Position numbers and translations under genes: made by a program. From Candidatus Micrarchaeota archaeon (GTDB lineage: Archaea > Micrarchaeota > Micrarchaeia > Anstonellales > Bilamarchaeaceae): DNA of 64,000 bases. The DNA lies in assembly GCA_038046805.1 (NCBI GenBank), contig JBBSVO010000006.1, positions 164,452-228,451 of the forward strand, written 5' to 3'. The notes beneath the pieces are model-generated. The model saw nothing but the letters and a program-made list of their open reading frames with translations. It did no database searches and was not told the origin of the DNA. Below, piece after piece: positions 20,061 through 30,503 of this stretch (positions are counted from its first letter, which is position 1; each line of letters starts with the position of its first letter).

Positions 20061-20888
20061 TTATCCGTAATGGCTGTCTCCGAATTCAAGGGTTAAAATC
20101 TGTCTTAACCTATCTGTTAATTCGTCTTTCTCCTTTTTGGACAGTTTAAGCCCTTCCATTTTCTGGTCCCATTTGGCAAGTGCGGAAGCAATCCGTTGCA
20201 GTGTCTGCTCTCTTTCTGTGCAGGTTGCGTATTCAAGAAGTGATTTCAGCGCATAGGGCGAATTGCTTTCTCCAAGCGTATCTATTACGGCATTCTTCAG
20301 CATGTGCATAGATTCCGCTTCTATAGAAGAGAAAAACGTGAAGTGGTATGTCAACAATTTTGCCGCGTCATCCCCCTCAAGTCTTCCAAGTAACTTTACT
20401 AACGCAATAAGTCCCTCTAGCGAGAAATTATAATTAAACATCGCTCTATATACGTTTATTCTGATCTGAGAAGGATCTGCAGTTGGTAATTTTCTTTTGA
20501 AATGTTCAAAATTGTGCATTGTTTTCATATCTGCAGCCTGCGAAAGGTTTTCATGAATCATGTAAAGTATCATCTGCTTTACTGTGTCGTCTTCCTTTGC
20601 ATATGCTTCAATGATTCGGTTCTCTGCCTGAATCCTGGAATCCTCCCTTGTAGCAACAGGATAAAATCTGAATGCAAAAAATGCCTGTTCTATTTCCTTA
20701 ACCAGTGCCGCCATGCGTTCATCTTTCTTCCGTTCCTCTTCGTTCTTTTCAGGTTGTGGGGGGGCTGGAGGCTGGGCCCGAGTTTGGACTGGTTGCTGCA
20801 CAGGATTAAGATTCTCGTTTTTCTTTGCTTCCTTTATTCCGCTTGTTTCTTTTTTCTCATCAGGCATGGAAATCCCTTTAAACAGCAT
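20061..20888 (-). CDS. hypothetical helical protein
   Basis: 275-aa ORF; start may be the second Met. Confidence 0.7.
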   Translation of the reverse strand: MLFKGISMPDEKKETSGIKEAKKNENLNPVQQPVQTRAQPPAPPQPEKNEEERKKDERMAALVKEIEQAFFAFRFYPVATREDSRIQAENRIIEAYAKEDDTVKQMILYMIHENLSQAADMKTMHNFEHFKRKLPTADPSQIRINVYRAMFNYNFSLEGLIALVKLLGRLEGDDAAKLLTYHFTFFSSIEAESMHMLKNAVIDTLGESNSPYALKSLLEYATCTEREQTLQRIASALAKWDQKMEGLKLSKKEKDELTDRLRQILTLEFGDSHYG

Positions 20889-20930
20889 ATTTGTTAATCA
20901 ATTTGTTATGTATTATCTGCAGGTGGTTTT

Positions 20931-21500
20931 TTGAACATACTACATGAGTTATATTTCGCCACGAGCAATGAACATAAATTCAGCGAGGCAAAACCTATTC
21001 TCGCCGCATCAGACATAACTATAATCCATTTTCCTTTTACTCATAATGAAATCCGCTCGGATAGCCTTGAAGATATCGCATCGGAGGCAGCCATTACGGC
21101 CCATTCCAAACTAAAAAAACCTGTTTTTGTTGAAGATACTGGTCTTTTCATCAATGCGTTGAATGGTTTTCCTGGAACCTACTCTGCCTGGGTCCAGAAG
21201 AAAATAGGAAACGAGGGTATTCTCAGGCTTCTCTCAGATATGCCAGCACCAGAGCGTTCCGCATCATTTAAGACTGCCATTGCGTACGTGGATAAAAGCG
21301 GAAAAACAAAAACATTCATAGGCGAGTGCGCAGGGTCTATTTCGCTAAAAACACGCGGAAAAGGTGGCTTTGGGTATGATTCCATCTTTATTCCGAATGA
21401 TTATACTGTTACATTTGCCGAAAACGTAAGTTTAAAAAACAACCTCTCTCATAGATATAAATCCTTACGGCTTTTTGCTGATTATTTGACATCCATGTGA
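20931..21500 (+). CDS. rdgB: Non-canonical purine NTP pyrophosphatase (RdgB/HAM1)
   Basis: ATSNEHK, VEDTGL, GFPGTYS, GFGYD, KNNLSHR. Confidence 0.95.
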   Translation: MNILHELYFATSNEHKFSEAKPILAASDITIIHFPFTHNEIRSDSLEDIASEAAITAHSKLKKPVFVEDTGLFINALNGFPGTYSAWVQKKIGNEGILRLLSDMPAPERSASFKTAIAYVDKSGKTKTFIGECAGSISLKTRGKGGFGYDSIFIPNDYTVTFAENVSLKNNLSHRYKSLRLFADYLTSM

Positions 21501-21612
21501 ATAGCTGTATCAATTGTTAGATTAACAAAATTTATTTAGGTGAATTAATACATTGAACGGCGTTCCGTTCAAAAATAAAAATTTCGATAAAGGTTCTTAA
21601 GGTGAAATTTTT

Positions 21613-22068
21613 ATGGCACGATTACATTCAAAGAAGAAAGGAAAGGCAGGTACGAAGATGCCTAAGCAGAAGTCTGCACCAGAATGGGTATCTGTTTCTA
21701 AAGCAGATTTAACTACGATGGTTGTAAAGATGGCTAAGGAAGGAGTTCCTGCGTCGAAGATAGGTCTTGCATTGCGCGACCTGAAAGGCGTACCGAGCAT
21801 TCGGGCGGTTACAGGAAAGCGCATGTGCGAATTGCTTAAAGACGAGGGTGCTTCCCCCGAATATCCAGAAGATCTTATTGCTCTTATTAAAAAGGCAGTG
21901 AAAATACGCACACATCTAAAGGATTCAACCGCTGATACGCACAACGCGGTCAAGCTTTCTCACATTGAGTCCAAGATAAACCGTCTTGTAAAATATTATG
22001 CTCGCACAGGCAGAATTCCGAAGAACTGGAGATACTCTCCGGAAAAAGCGGCTTTGCTGGTTAAATAA
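21613..22068 (+). CDS. rps15: 30S ribosomal protein S15 (S13e type)
   Basis: MARLHSKKKG, IGLALRD, PEDL, ESKINRLVKYY. Confidence 0.97.
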   Translation: MARLHSKKKGKAGTKMPKQKSAPEWVSVSKADLTTMVVKMAKEGVPASKIGLALRDLKGVPSIRAVTGKRMCELLKDEGASPEYPEDLIALIKKAVKIRTHLKDSTADTHNAVKLSHIESKINRLVKYYARTGRIPKNWRYSPEKAALLVK

Positions 22069-22092
22069 TACTTCTAAATGCAGGTAGATTTG

Positions 22093-22683
22093 ATGGCTGA
22101 TAAAAAATCCAAAGTAGTTGATAAATGGAAGACAAAGGTATGGTACTCTGTCCTTGCTCCAGAAATGTTTGAAGGAAAAGAGATAGCAGAGGTTGTAGCA
22201 TCTGATGAAAAGCTTCTTCAGAACAGGATTGTAAAATGCAGTCTTATGGAAATGATCGGTTCGGGCAGCCAAAATGCGATGTTTACCTCTTTGAGTTTCA
22301 GAGTTTGTGATGTAAAGGGAAAGAATGCACACACAAAATTAATTGGCCATGAGATATCTCCTTCATATATCCGCACACTTGCAAGAAGGGGAAAAACACT
22401 TATCCACCTTGCTCTTCCTGTCAAGACAAAGGATGACGGTGCTATTAATATTAAACTGGTTGCAGTCACAGGCGCACGTGTGAGTGCAAATACGAAAAAG
22501 AACCTGCTCAATACGATGACGGAAGAAGTGCAAAAAGCCGCAGAGGAATTAAGCTATGACCAGCTTATGCAGGATGTTCTTTACGGAAGACTCGCATCCA
22601 AGATTTTCAACAAACTGAAGCAAATCACATTCATGAAACGCGTTGAAGTGCGCAAGAGCGAGAAGAAAGAAGAATTTAAGTAA
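22093..22683 (+). CDS. rps3ae: 30S ribosomal protein S3ae (eS1)
   Basis: DKWK.KVWY.V.APEMF, VEVRKSE. Confidence 0.95.
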   Translation: MADKKSKVVDKWKTKVWYSVLAPEMFEGKEIAEVVASDEKLLQNRIVKCSLMEMIGSGSQNAMFTSLSFRVCDVKGKNAHTKLIGHEISPSYIRTLARRGKTLIHLALPVKTKDDGAINIKLVAVTGARVSANTKKNLLNTMTEEVQKAAEELSYDQLMQDVLYGRLASKIFNKLKQITFMKRVEVRKSEKKEEFK

Positions 22684-22698
22684 TTCTCGGCTGATTTT

Positions 22699-23025
22699 AT
22701 GCTTCCAAACATGGATCCAAAGCAGATGGAGCGCATGATGAAGCAGATGGGGATAAATTCAAGACAGATCCCTGCATCCCGCGTTGTTATTGAAACTGAT
22801 TCTGAGAATCTTATTATTGAAAATCCACAAATTACGGAAATTTCAATGCAAGGCCAGAAATCTTATCAAATCGCCGGAACAATCCGTTCGGAATCCCTCA
22901 TCAGCGAGGAAGACATCAGGATGGTTATGGATCAGGCGGGTGTAGACAAGGAAAAGGCCGTGGAATCCCTGAAAAAGCACAAGGGAGACATCGCTGCGGC
23001 GATAATGGAATTGAAATCAGAATAA
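22699..23025 (+). CDS. nac: Nascent polypeptide-associated complex protein
   Basis: PKQM.RMMKQMGI, EEDIRMV..Q, GDIAAAI. Confidence 0.95.
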   Translation: MLPNMDPKQMERMMKQMGINSRQIPASRVVIETDSENLIIENPQITEISMQGQKSYQIAGTIRSESLISEEDIRMVMDQAGVDKEKAVESLKKHKGDIAAAIMELKSE

Positions 23026-23093
23026 CCAAGTTAACTAAAGTAGTTTAGTATAATTTAATTTATTCTCAGGATTAACTATCAGGATGTGTTCTT

Positions 23094-23516
23094 ATGTTGG
23101 CTATGGCTATTGCTCGAAAACCTTTTTTTGATAGTTTAAATCCTTTCAAACGCGGTCCGAGCCGATCGACCGTTAAAGACTGGTTGCTAAGCGGAGATCA
23201 TACTGCTCTTTGTGAAAACACTGTTTTGTATCGCGGTGCTGTTCTTTCTGCCGCAACCAATCTCGTTTCAACATTAGGTGGTGAACCAATGCGCGTCAGG
23301 GATAGAGCTGCGAAATTCCTTTTAACAACAGCAAGAAGCGGCGAGGATCTTTCAGAAGTTGCCGATATTCTAGCTCCAATTGTCCGGAGAGAACTTGATG
23401 CTGACATTCGTTCAACCATCATCTTAGCGTTAAGAACGAGTTTTAATGCCGATCCAGTTTCAAGGGAGAAAATTCTACGAGCAGTGCCTGACCTAAGAAC
23501 GCTTCAACTGGACTAA
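23094..23516 (+). CDS. orphan HEAT-like protein
   Basis: 140-aa helical ORF. Confidence 0.55.
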   Translation: MLAMAIARKPFFDSLNPFKRGPSRSTVKDWLLSGDHTALCENTVLYRGAVLSAATNLVSTLGGEPMRVRDRAAKFLLTTARSGEDLSEVADILAPIVRRELDADIRSTIILALRTSFNADPVSREKILRAVPDLRTLQLD

Positions 23517-23566
23517 ATCCTCTTAAATGCCAATCAATAAAAATCTTAACCGCCAATATCTGACAT

Positions 23567-24181
23567 ATGAAAAAAGAGCTCATTCTCATTGCATTTCTTA
23601 TAATCATTGCGGTTTTCCTTGTGAGTGTGAGCAATTTTTACAAAAAGAACATTGAAATTGCAGATGCAAAGAAATTCGTGATGGATGACCTGGCATCGAA
23701 GTATCCTGGTGCATCCATGTCGATCCTCAGCGTGACTAATAGAACAAATACAGCTGGGGACAAATATTTCGAGATAAAGGCAAAAGCGACCCAGGGCGAT
23801 TCCACACCCTGTCCTGAACGTGTGCACATCTACTATAATTATCCAGCGCAGAATTTCGTAACCCAGCCACCAGATTATGTTACATTGAACTGCAAGGTTT
23901 GTTCAGGAGTAGAGAACAAGAAATGCGTTATTGCATTCTCTGAAGAAGCCATAATTGCGTCTCATACAATGTCTGGTACGGCTGAGGTGGAAGCGTATAT
24001 AAAGAGTTATAAAGATGTTCTTCCACTAACCTCAGAGGATGATAGCGGGTGGCTAGTCGTATGGGATTCTCCGTTCGCTTCATATTCTTATACAGTATCG
24101 GTTTCAAGAAGTGGTTCCATCTTAGGAATTGCAAAAAAAGAGAAAAGCAATAATCTTGAAAAAAACACAACTGGTGATTAA
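23567..24181 (+). CDS. membrane-anchored/secreted hypothetical protein
   Basis: N-terminal hydrophobic helix, four Cys. Confidence 0.75.
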   Translation: MKKELILIAFLIIIAVFLVSVSNFYKKNIEIADAKKFVMDDLASKYPGASMSILSVTNRTNTAGDKYFEIKAKATQGDSTPCPERVHIYYNYPAQNFVTQPPDYVTLNCKVCSGVENKKCVIAFSEEAIIASHTMSGTAEVEAYIKSYKDVLPLTSEDDSGWLVVWDSPFASYSYTVSVSRSGSILGIAKKEKSNNLEKNTTGD

Positions 24182-24183
24182 CA

Positions 24184-24354
24184 ATGAGCTGGAAACAATC
24201 AAAAGTCTCTATGCCTATGGCATCCGCAGGTATTCTTGGAGTTTCTTCTGATGAGAGGATGGCAGGAATAGAGGTTGATCCCAAAACCGTGGTAATCGGA
24301 AGCCTGCTTATAGTAGGGATTATAAAGTTAGTCTCATTCCTGTTCAAAGCTTAA
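24184..24354 (+). CDS. secG: Preprotein translocase Sec61beta (not in ORF track)
   Basis: MSWKQSKVSMPMASAGILG...GIEVDPKTVV + TM helix, translated by hand. Confidence 0.88.
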   Translation: MSWKQSKVSMPMASAGILGVSSDERMAGIEVDPKTVVIGSLLIVGIIKLVSFLFKA

Positions 24355-24377
24355 CATGACCGCATAGATGCGGGCTG

Positions 24378-24917
24378 GTGATTTCATTGTCTGTTGAAAC
24401 CGTTCTTGGTAGCATTGCTTTGGCTTTTTTCAAATTATTGATAGGCCTTGTTCTGGCAATAGGATCAATTTATCTTGGAACAAATCTTCTTGATCGTCTA
24501 ACCAGGGATGTTGATGAGTGGAAGGAGATAAAGCGTGGGAACTTTGCCATAGGTATTCTTTTCGGCGGGGTTATTCTTTCAATTGCTATCATAATAGAAA
24601 ATGGGGTTTCTGCCGCTCTTTCCGCGATTGTGCCTGGAATGAGTTTTCCAAGTTTAATCGTCTCATTGTTTGTGTCAGTACTCAAACTTCTCGTAGGAGT
24701 TCTTGCAGCGGTTTTCTCAGTTTACATGGCGCTTCGCGTGATCGATTCCATAACCCATGATATCGATGAATTAAGCGAACTGAAAAAGGGAAATGTAGCA
24801 ATGGCTATTGTAATGGCCGCAGTGATGATTGCAGTATCCTTTGTCATAAAGAGTTCAGTGGATATTGTCATGGCTGCAACTGATTTTAGTATTATCTCGG
24901 ATTTTTTCGGAGTGTGA
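24378..24917 (+). CDS. DUF350 membrane protein (two repeats)
   Basis: LT.D.DE..E.K.GN.A twice. Confidence 0.85.
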   Translation: MISLSVETVLGSIALAFFKLLIGLVLAIGSIYLGTNLLDRLTRDVDEWKEIKRGNFAIGILFGGVILSIAIIIENGVSAALSAIVPGMSFPSLIVSLFVSVLKLLVGVLAAVFSVYMALRVIDSITHDIDELSELKKGNVAMAIVMAAVMIAVSFVIKSSVDIVMAATDFSIISDFFGV

Positions 24918-24949
24918 CTTTTTAAATTCAATTTTGTATAATTATAGTT

Positions 24950-25615
24950 ATGCATGTTTCCGCATGGTATGATAAGGCTGCAGTAAAATACGCGACTTTC
25001 AGGAGACCTCAAAAGGAATTTGAGGCAATCGATCATTTTCTTTCACCCAGCCAAAGGCGCATTCTAGATGCCGGGTGCGGTCATGGAGACGTATCTCGTT
25101 ATATGGCATCCAAAGGAAAAGCAGTCACTGCAATTGATGTGTCTACAGAGTTAATCCGTATCGCAGGTTCAATGCGGGCTAAAGGCTGTTCGTTTCAGGT
25201 TGCGGACATGCAACAGTTTCAACCCGATGCCGGCACCCTGTTTGATGGCGCGGTTTTTCTCTATTCCCTTATCCACAATACAAAAGATGAAACAGTCTCC
25301 ATTTTGCGGCGCACTTCGCAATTTCTCAATCCCACCTATTCATCTCTTTTTGTAGTCCTTCATAACATTAATCTTTATTCGGGTTGCGTAACCAGGGTGG
25401 TTGTACCATCCCAATTTTCCGACGATCAGGTTGAACTTTACCTGTGGCCAATGAAAGAGATTTACCAGGTGTTTTTTGATTTGGGTATGCGCAGCATCGA
25501 AATATCTGTTCGTCAGCCGGAGAGTAACGAGCTTCCGTTTCCACGTATTTATGTCGTAGGACATAACATCCAAGGGGTTCCATTGAATTATTTCGTAACT
25601 ATAAAACCATTGTAA
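24950..25615 (+). CDS. Class I SAM methyltransferase
   Basis: ILDAGCGHG, IDVS, YSLIH. Confidence 0.88.
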   Translation: MHVSAWYDKAAVKYATFRRPQKEFEAIDHFLSPSQRRILDAGCGHGDVSRYMASKGKAVTAIDVSTELIRIAGSMRAKGCSFQVADMQQFQPDAGTLFDGAVFLYSLIHNTKDETVSILRRTSQFLNPTYSSLFVVLHNINLYSGCVTRVVVPSQFSDDQVELYLWPMKEIYQVFFDLGMRSIEISVRQPESNELPFPRIYVVGHNIQGVPLNYFVTIKPL

Positions 25616-25754
25616 ACTATTCATCGTCTCGCAAACTACGAAGTTGTTTTTTTTGACTTCGGATATTATGGATGGTCACCTCATATTAGTGGTTTGCTAT
25701 AATGTGGCCTCTCTTTTTATTCTTTGTTTTTCATTATATCCCCAGTTGATTAGC

Positions 25755-27224
25755 ATGCAAATTGACAAACACTCCAAGTTCTCAGAATGGTATAATACGA
25801 TTACAAAGGATGCCGAGCTGTGCGACCTCAGATATAATCTTAAGGGCTTTATTGTTTTCATGCCATGGGCGGTCATGAGCATGAAGCGTATGTATTCCAT
25901 TTACGAGCGCGAACTCGAAGCACACGGGCACGTTCCTGCATTGTTTCCAGCACTTATCCCCGAGAGCAATTTTAAGGGGGAAAAGGAGCATGTTGAAGGA
26001 TTTATTCCGGAAGTGTTTTGGGTTACCGAAGCAGGCAGGGAAAAACTTGAGGAAAGATATGCGATGAGGCCGACAAGTGAAACTGCCATGTACCCGATGT
26101 ATTCTCTCTGGATTCAGGGTTTGAAAGATTTGCCTCTCAAAATCTATCAGAGCTGTCAGGTGTGGAGACACGAAACCAAAGCCACAAGACCATTCATTCG
26201 TTCGCGTGAGTTCTGGTGGATCGAAGCACATGATGTTTTTGCTACTGAACAAGAAGCATTTGCACAGGTTAAAGAAGATATGGAAACTGCAGAGAAGATC
26301 ATTCACGGTGTGTTCGGAGTCCCATTTCTATTCTTCAAACGGCCGCAATGGGATAAGTTCGCAGGAGCAGATGATACTTATGCAGCAGACTGCATAATGC
26401 CGGATGGCCGTGCCCTTCAGTTGCCTTCAACACATATGCTTGGTCAGCATTTTTCAAAGGCTTTTGGCGTAAAATATATGGATGCTGAGGGGAAGGAACA
26501 GTATGGATGGCAGACGTGTTACGGTCCATGCATTTCAAGAATTTATGCTGCAGTAATCTCAGTTCACGGGGATGATAAAGGTCTTATTCTTCCGTTTGAA
26601 CTTGCCCCAGTCCAGGTCGTAATCGTTCCGATTTACAAGGGTGAAAACAAAAAAATCGTTGATTCCGAGTGCGGAAAAATTGAAAAAATATTGCGGGAAA
26701 GCGGAATAAAAGTGAAGTTCGACAATTCCGAGAACACGCCTGGCTTCAAGTTCAATCATTGGGAAATGAAAGGGGTTCCGCTTCGTGTTGATATAGGTGA
26801 GCGGGACATTTCAAACAAAAGCGTAGTTGTAGTGCGTCGCGATAACCGTGAAAAATCATTCGTGAAAGTTGCGGAACTTATTGAAAAAATAAACAAATCT
26901 GCAAAAGATGTTTCAAATTCCATCAGGGAAAAAGCCGATCAATGGTTCAAAGGCAAGGTCAATTCTGCAACAACTATGAAAGAGCTATCAAATATCCTCG
27001 AAACAACTGGTGGATTTGTACGTGTTCCGTTCTGCACTGATGAAATGGAAGGAGAAAAATGTGCGGATAAGATAAAGGAGGAAACCCATGCGAACATGCG
27101 CGGTTCTCTTTTTGAAGGAAGAGAAATCGGAAAAGAAGGAAAAGAAAAGCCAAAAGAATCCGAGAAATGCATCGCGTGCGGGAAAAAGGCGAAAATCTAT
27201 TTGTATGCGGCGAGACAATACTAA
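25755..27224 (+). CDS. proS: Proline--tRNA ligase (archaeal/eukaryal type)
   Basis: RPTSET, R.REFWW.EAH, HGDDKGL, C-terminal Zn Cys motifs, ARQY. Confidence 0.97.
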   Translation: MQIDKHSKFSEWYNTITKDAELCDLRYNLKGFIVFMPWAVMSMKRMYSIYERELEAHGHVPALFPALIPESNFKGEKEHVEGFIPEVFWVTEAGREKLEERYAMRPTSETAMYPMYSLWIQGLKDLPLKIYQSCQVWRHETKATRPFIRSREFWWIEAHDVFATEQEAFAQVKEDMETAEKIIHGVFGVPFLFFKRPQWDKFAGADDTYAADCIMPDGRALQLPSTHMLGQHFSKAFGVKYMDAEGKEQYGWQTCYGPCISRIYAAVISVHGDDKGLILPFELAPVQVVIVPIYKGENKKIVDSECGKIEKILRESGIKVKFDNSENTPGFKFNHWEMKGVPLRVDIGERDISNKSVVVVRRDNREKSFVKVAELIEKINKSAKDVSNSIREKADQWFKGKVNSATTMKELSNILETTGGFVRVPFCTDEMEGEKCADKIKEETHANMRGSLFEGREIGKEGKEKPKESEKCIACGKKAKIYLYAARQY

Positions 27225-27261
27225 TTTTTATTTTGTTGTGCCGCAATAACCTCTTTACATT

Positions 27262-27394
27262 AGCCCCGTCGTCTAGAGTGTCCCGTGTCTTGAGTCCAGC
27301 GTCCAGAATACGGAACGTTAAACGGGAGACAGACTTTGGTCAAGGATAGTGGACTTTGGATCCATTGACACCGGTTCGAATCCGGCCGGGGCTA
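27262..27394 (+). tRNA. tRNA-Gln(TTG) with 60-nt intron at 15/16 (27277..27336)
   Basis: AGCCCCG/CGGGGCT, CT-TTG-GA loop, GTTCGAAT; BHB helix GTCT/AGAC with bulges AGA and TTT. Confidence 0.92.
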
Positions 27395-27446
27395 TATAAT
27401 TTTTTTCAGTTTCCGGTCTCGGGTCTCGAGTTCCGGTTATATTTTT

Positions 27447-27539
27447 GGGCCCGTGGTCGATACGTTTGCAAAAACGCGACAGCGGTAAGACGCTACTCTC
27501 ACACAGTAGAGACACGGGGTTCAATTCCTCGCGGGCCCA
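27447..27539 (+). tRNA. tRNA-Val(CAC) with 21-nt intron at 15/16 (27462..27482)
   Basis: GGGCCCG/CGGGCCC, CTACT-CTCACAC-AGTAG; BHB helix GTCG/CGAC with bulges ATA and AGC. Confidence 0.92.
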
Positions 27540-27650
27540 ATTTTTCCTTTGTATTGCGTTTAGTGTCTTTGGTTTTAACTCTTGAAAAATTGGGAAGAAG
27601 TAAAATTTCAGCAGAAATTTTATAACAGCTCATTTTTCTATTTATCTGCT

Positions 27651-29795
27651 TTAAGCAGCCAGGGCAGTTATTCTATCAGCTATTCTTTCGGCATTTGTAT
27701 TCCTACATATGACAAATGGAATTCCCCTGCTTCTGCATATCGATGTTGCGCTTCCGGATGCGTTGTGGCCGATATGAGTTACTACTATCACAACTGTGTC
27801 GTTCTCCCCAATCGCAGCGGCAATCGCGCTGGGTTTTACATAACTTCCGTCTATAACTCTTACTTCCTTTCCAGTTCTTTCAGCCAATGTGTCTTGGATA
27901 TTTGTCATGATGTTGCCACCACAAATCACGATAATTCTTCCAACGCTTGTTTGCACAGCAACACCTTTTTCATCAATATAATTTTGCATTATTTCTATAA
28001 TAGTTCTTTCTCGGGTTTCTGCGTTGTGTTCCCGAGATCCTGCTACTGCATTAATCCAATCCAGAATCTCTTTTTCATCGGCTGCAATCAACCTGACGAG
28101 TTCTGCAAACGTCCTGCGTGCATTGTCTGATGCAAAGATTGTTTTAAGTGAAAAATCACTAAGTCCTGCAGTTATTCCTGCAATTCTTGCAAGAGCATCT
28201 ACACCATGCTCCCTGAGACTGCTGAATCTGGTTGGCCTGACGCCATTTCGTTCAAGTCGTACGTATACTCCTCTGAATAATCTTACTTGGTCATCTTCTA
28301 TATCTGGAAATGCCCTTTTTACCAGGGCTTCAATCCCAAGTTCTTCCTCACGTTTTTTCCCTTCCTTTCGCCTATCTATTATTTCTATAGCATTTTCTAA
28401 TTCCCCATATTCCATTGCTTGCAATGTTGCTTTTGCAATTTCCCTATCTTCCGCATTTCCAGTAAGGAACAGAGCAAGATCTTTCCATCTTTCGGATATG
28501 AAAATTATCGAGGCAGCCCTTATGATTTGGGCAAGCTCTGTAATATGTACGCTTGGTTCTATCTGTTTTAGTAGACTATGGAATGTTGCGTTTCCTGAGT
28601 TATTTACTGTCTCTTCAGCAATCTCCAGGATATATGCGAGAAAATCAGAACGACTTACCATTCTTTTTGGCTCAGTAAGTCTCTTATATAACTCCAGGTA
28701 CTCCGGGGTTGTTTCAATTTTTTTCAATATTTTTATCGCGGTTTGCACAGTTAACCCTCCAACCAATTCAAAGGCGCAAGATTCCTTTTTTACCGCAAAC
28801 ACATCAAGTAATCCCGTGAGTTCCTTTAGTTCTTCAAATCTCCTGGGGGTTATCCATCTTTGATTTTCCATAACTGCTCTTGCAGTTCTATCAGTTTTTA
28901 TTCCTCTTACAATTTCAGCAGCTTCGTCCAGCACTTGCGTGTCAAAGAAAAGGAGATATGGGCAAAGTCCTGCTTCGCTTGCAAGCATGCTCTTTCCCAA
29001 CACCGTGTCCATTCTTTGCTCGTACATTGCGTGTACATTTGCGCTTTTTTTCGCGTGGGTATAACAGATTGCCTTGAAACATGCAGTCTTTGTCCATTCT
29101 TTTTCAGAAATGAATTCCTTTGCAATTCCTAAAAATCTATCAATAAATGTCCGGATGTGGGTGCGGACTTCTTCATCCATGTAGCATCTTATTCCACTCA
29201 TATATTCTCTTAGTGCACATTTTCCAACATTAAGCATGTGTTCCATATTTCCTGGATCAAGGATTGCACGTATGTCATCTCTCAAACTGGGGCTTATTGC
29301 TACGCCTAAATTGCAGCTGGTTCCTTCCAAACCATCTATCGCTCTCAATGTTTCTATGATTCTGCTATATCTTTCACTTGCGCCTTTGTCTAAATCGTCA
29401 TATCCTAGTGTTACGGTTTCCTCCAGTCTTTGTGTAATGCGTTCAGTTGCAGGCCCTGCGATTTCATCAAGTGCTCTATCTAGTTTTGCAAAACTTTCCT
29501 CCAATTTAGCAATAACCCGTTTTTGGTTTCCTTCAGAATTCGCCATCAAATCTATAATCCCCAAATATGTAGTATCCATTTCATGTATCCTTGTATCAAA
29601 AAGTTCTTGTCCTTTTACCAGATCCTCTGCTTCTAACCCCAAGCTATTCAGTACGTCTCGCTTATTTTGGAGAAATAATTGTCTTAGCTCTTCTCCAAGT
29701 TGTCTTAGTCTTTCACGTTCCGGGGTGTGGAAATTAGGTCCACCCACACTTCGTATTCTTGCAGCTGGCGGAATCCTGAGCATTAGCTTTGGCAT
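27651..29795 (-). CDS. Large helical protein with C-terminal DUF2325-like domain
   Basis: C-terminal IVICGG...DTVVIVVTHIGH...C...GIPF. Confidence 0.7.
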   Translation of the reverse strand: MPKLMLRIPPAARIRSVGGPNFHTPERERLRQLGEELRQLFLQNKRDVLNSLGLEAEDLVKGQELFDTRIHEMDTTYLGIIDLMANSEGNQKRVIAKLEESFAKLDRALDEIAGPATERITQRLEETVTLGYDDLDKGASERYSRIIETLRAIDGLEGTSCNLGVAISPSLRDDIRAILDPGNMEHMLNVGKCALREYMSGIRCYMDEEVRTHIRTFIDRFLGIAKEFISEKEWTKTACFKAICYTHAKKSANVHAMYEQRMDTVLGKSMLASEAGLCPYLLFFDTQVLDEAAEIVRGIKTDRTARAVMENQRWITPRRFEELKELTGLLDVFAVKKESCAFELVGGLTVQTAIKILKKIETTPEYLELYKRLTEPKRMVSRSDFLAYILEIAEETVNNSGNATFHSLLKQIEPSVHITELAQIIRAASIIFISERWKDLALFLTGNAEDREIAKATLQAMEYGELENAIEIIDRRKEGKKREEELGIEALVKRAFPDIEDDQVRLFRGVYVRLERNGVRPTRFSSLREHGVDALARIAGITAGLSDFSLKTIFASDNARRTFAELVRLIAADEKEILDWINAVAGSREHNAETRERTIIEIMQNYIDEKGVAVQTSVGRIIVICGGNIMTNIQDTLAERTGKEVRVIDGSYVKPSAIAAAIGENDTVVIVVTHIGHNASGSATSICRSRGIPFVICRNTNAERIADRITALAA

Positions 29796-29860
29796 AATTT
29801 TTATTTGGACAGAAGAGTATATAAATTGTAACTTAGATGATTTCTTAAGGCCATATTTCT

Positions 29861-30403
29861 ATGTCTGCCATTATGAAGCTGAGAGGAAATCTTCCAAGAG
29901 TTGCGCTTACGGCGGGTTCAATTGTTGCAGCGATAGCATTATCTAAATGTGAACCCGATACGACTATTATCCGATACCAACCGGATTCAGGAGCAGCGGC
30001 AGAAGAAACTGTCTCAAGAGTGGCGAGAGTAAATTCTGTTTTTGAAGGAAAACCTTGTAGTACCATATCGGATATGGCCCTCACTAAAGACGCCCCCCAA
30101 AAGTTATCATCGGAAATTTCAATTAATTTAAATGATGCAATACTTGAGGGTGGGAAGCCAGTTGCGTTTCTAACTATATCTGGTCAAGGCCAGAATACAC
30201 TTGACACGGAAAATGATTCGCGTGGCGTATACACTATACATTGGAGTTCTATGGTTAATTTGAAAATGAGTAAAGGTAGTTTTGAGCAAATTACTATGGG
30301 GCAGAAGGGGGAATTGTTAATTTCTCTTAGCGTAGGTGCGATTTCTGTTGGTGGGCAATCTTCCTCGCTATTGTTGGATGCTTCGATTTGCAGGAATTAT
30401 TGA
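29861..30403 (+). CDS. orphan, possibly membrane-anchored
   Basis: Basic N-terminus plus hydrophobic helix ending near Cys. Confidence 0.55.
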   Translation: MSAIMKLRGNLPRVALTAGSIVAAIALSKCEPDTTIIRYQPDSGAAAEETVSRVARVNSVFEGKPCSTISDMALTKDAPQKLSSEISINLNDAILEGGKPVAFLTISGQGQNTLDTENDSRGVYTIHWSSMVNLKMSKGSFEQITMGQKGELLISLSVGAISVGGQSSSLLLDASICRNY

Positions 30404-30503
30404 ATATAATTTGCATGCGACAGGGAACGGGGATTCGCATGGTGGAGAATACGGGATTTTGAATTGAGATCGTTCTAAAACTTCTCCTTCATAATCATAT
30501 TTT

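Noticed and set aside
27582..29946. Long + strand ORFs (182, 279, 236 aa)
   Set aside because: Antisense shadows of the 714-aa gene, Ser/Ile-rich with no motifs
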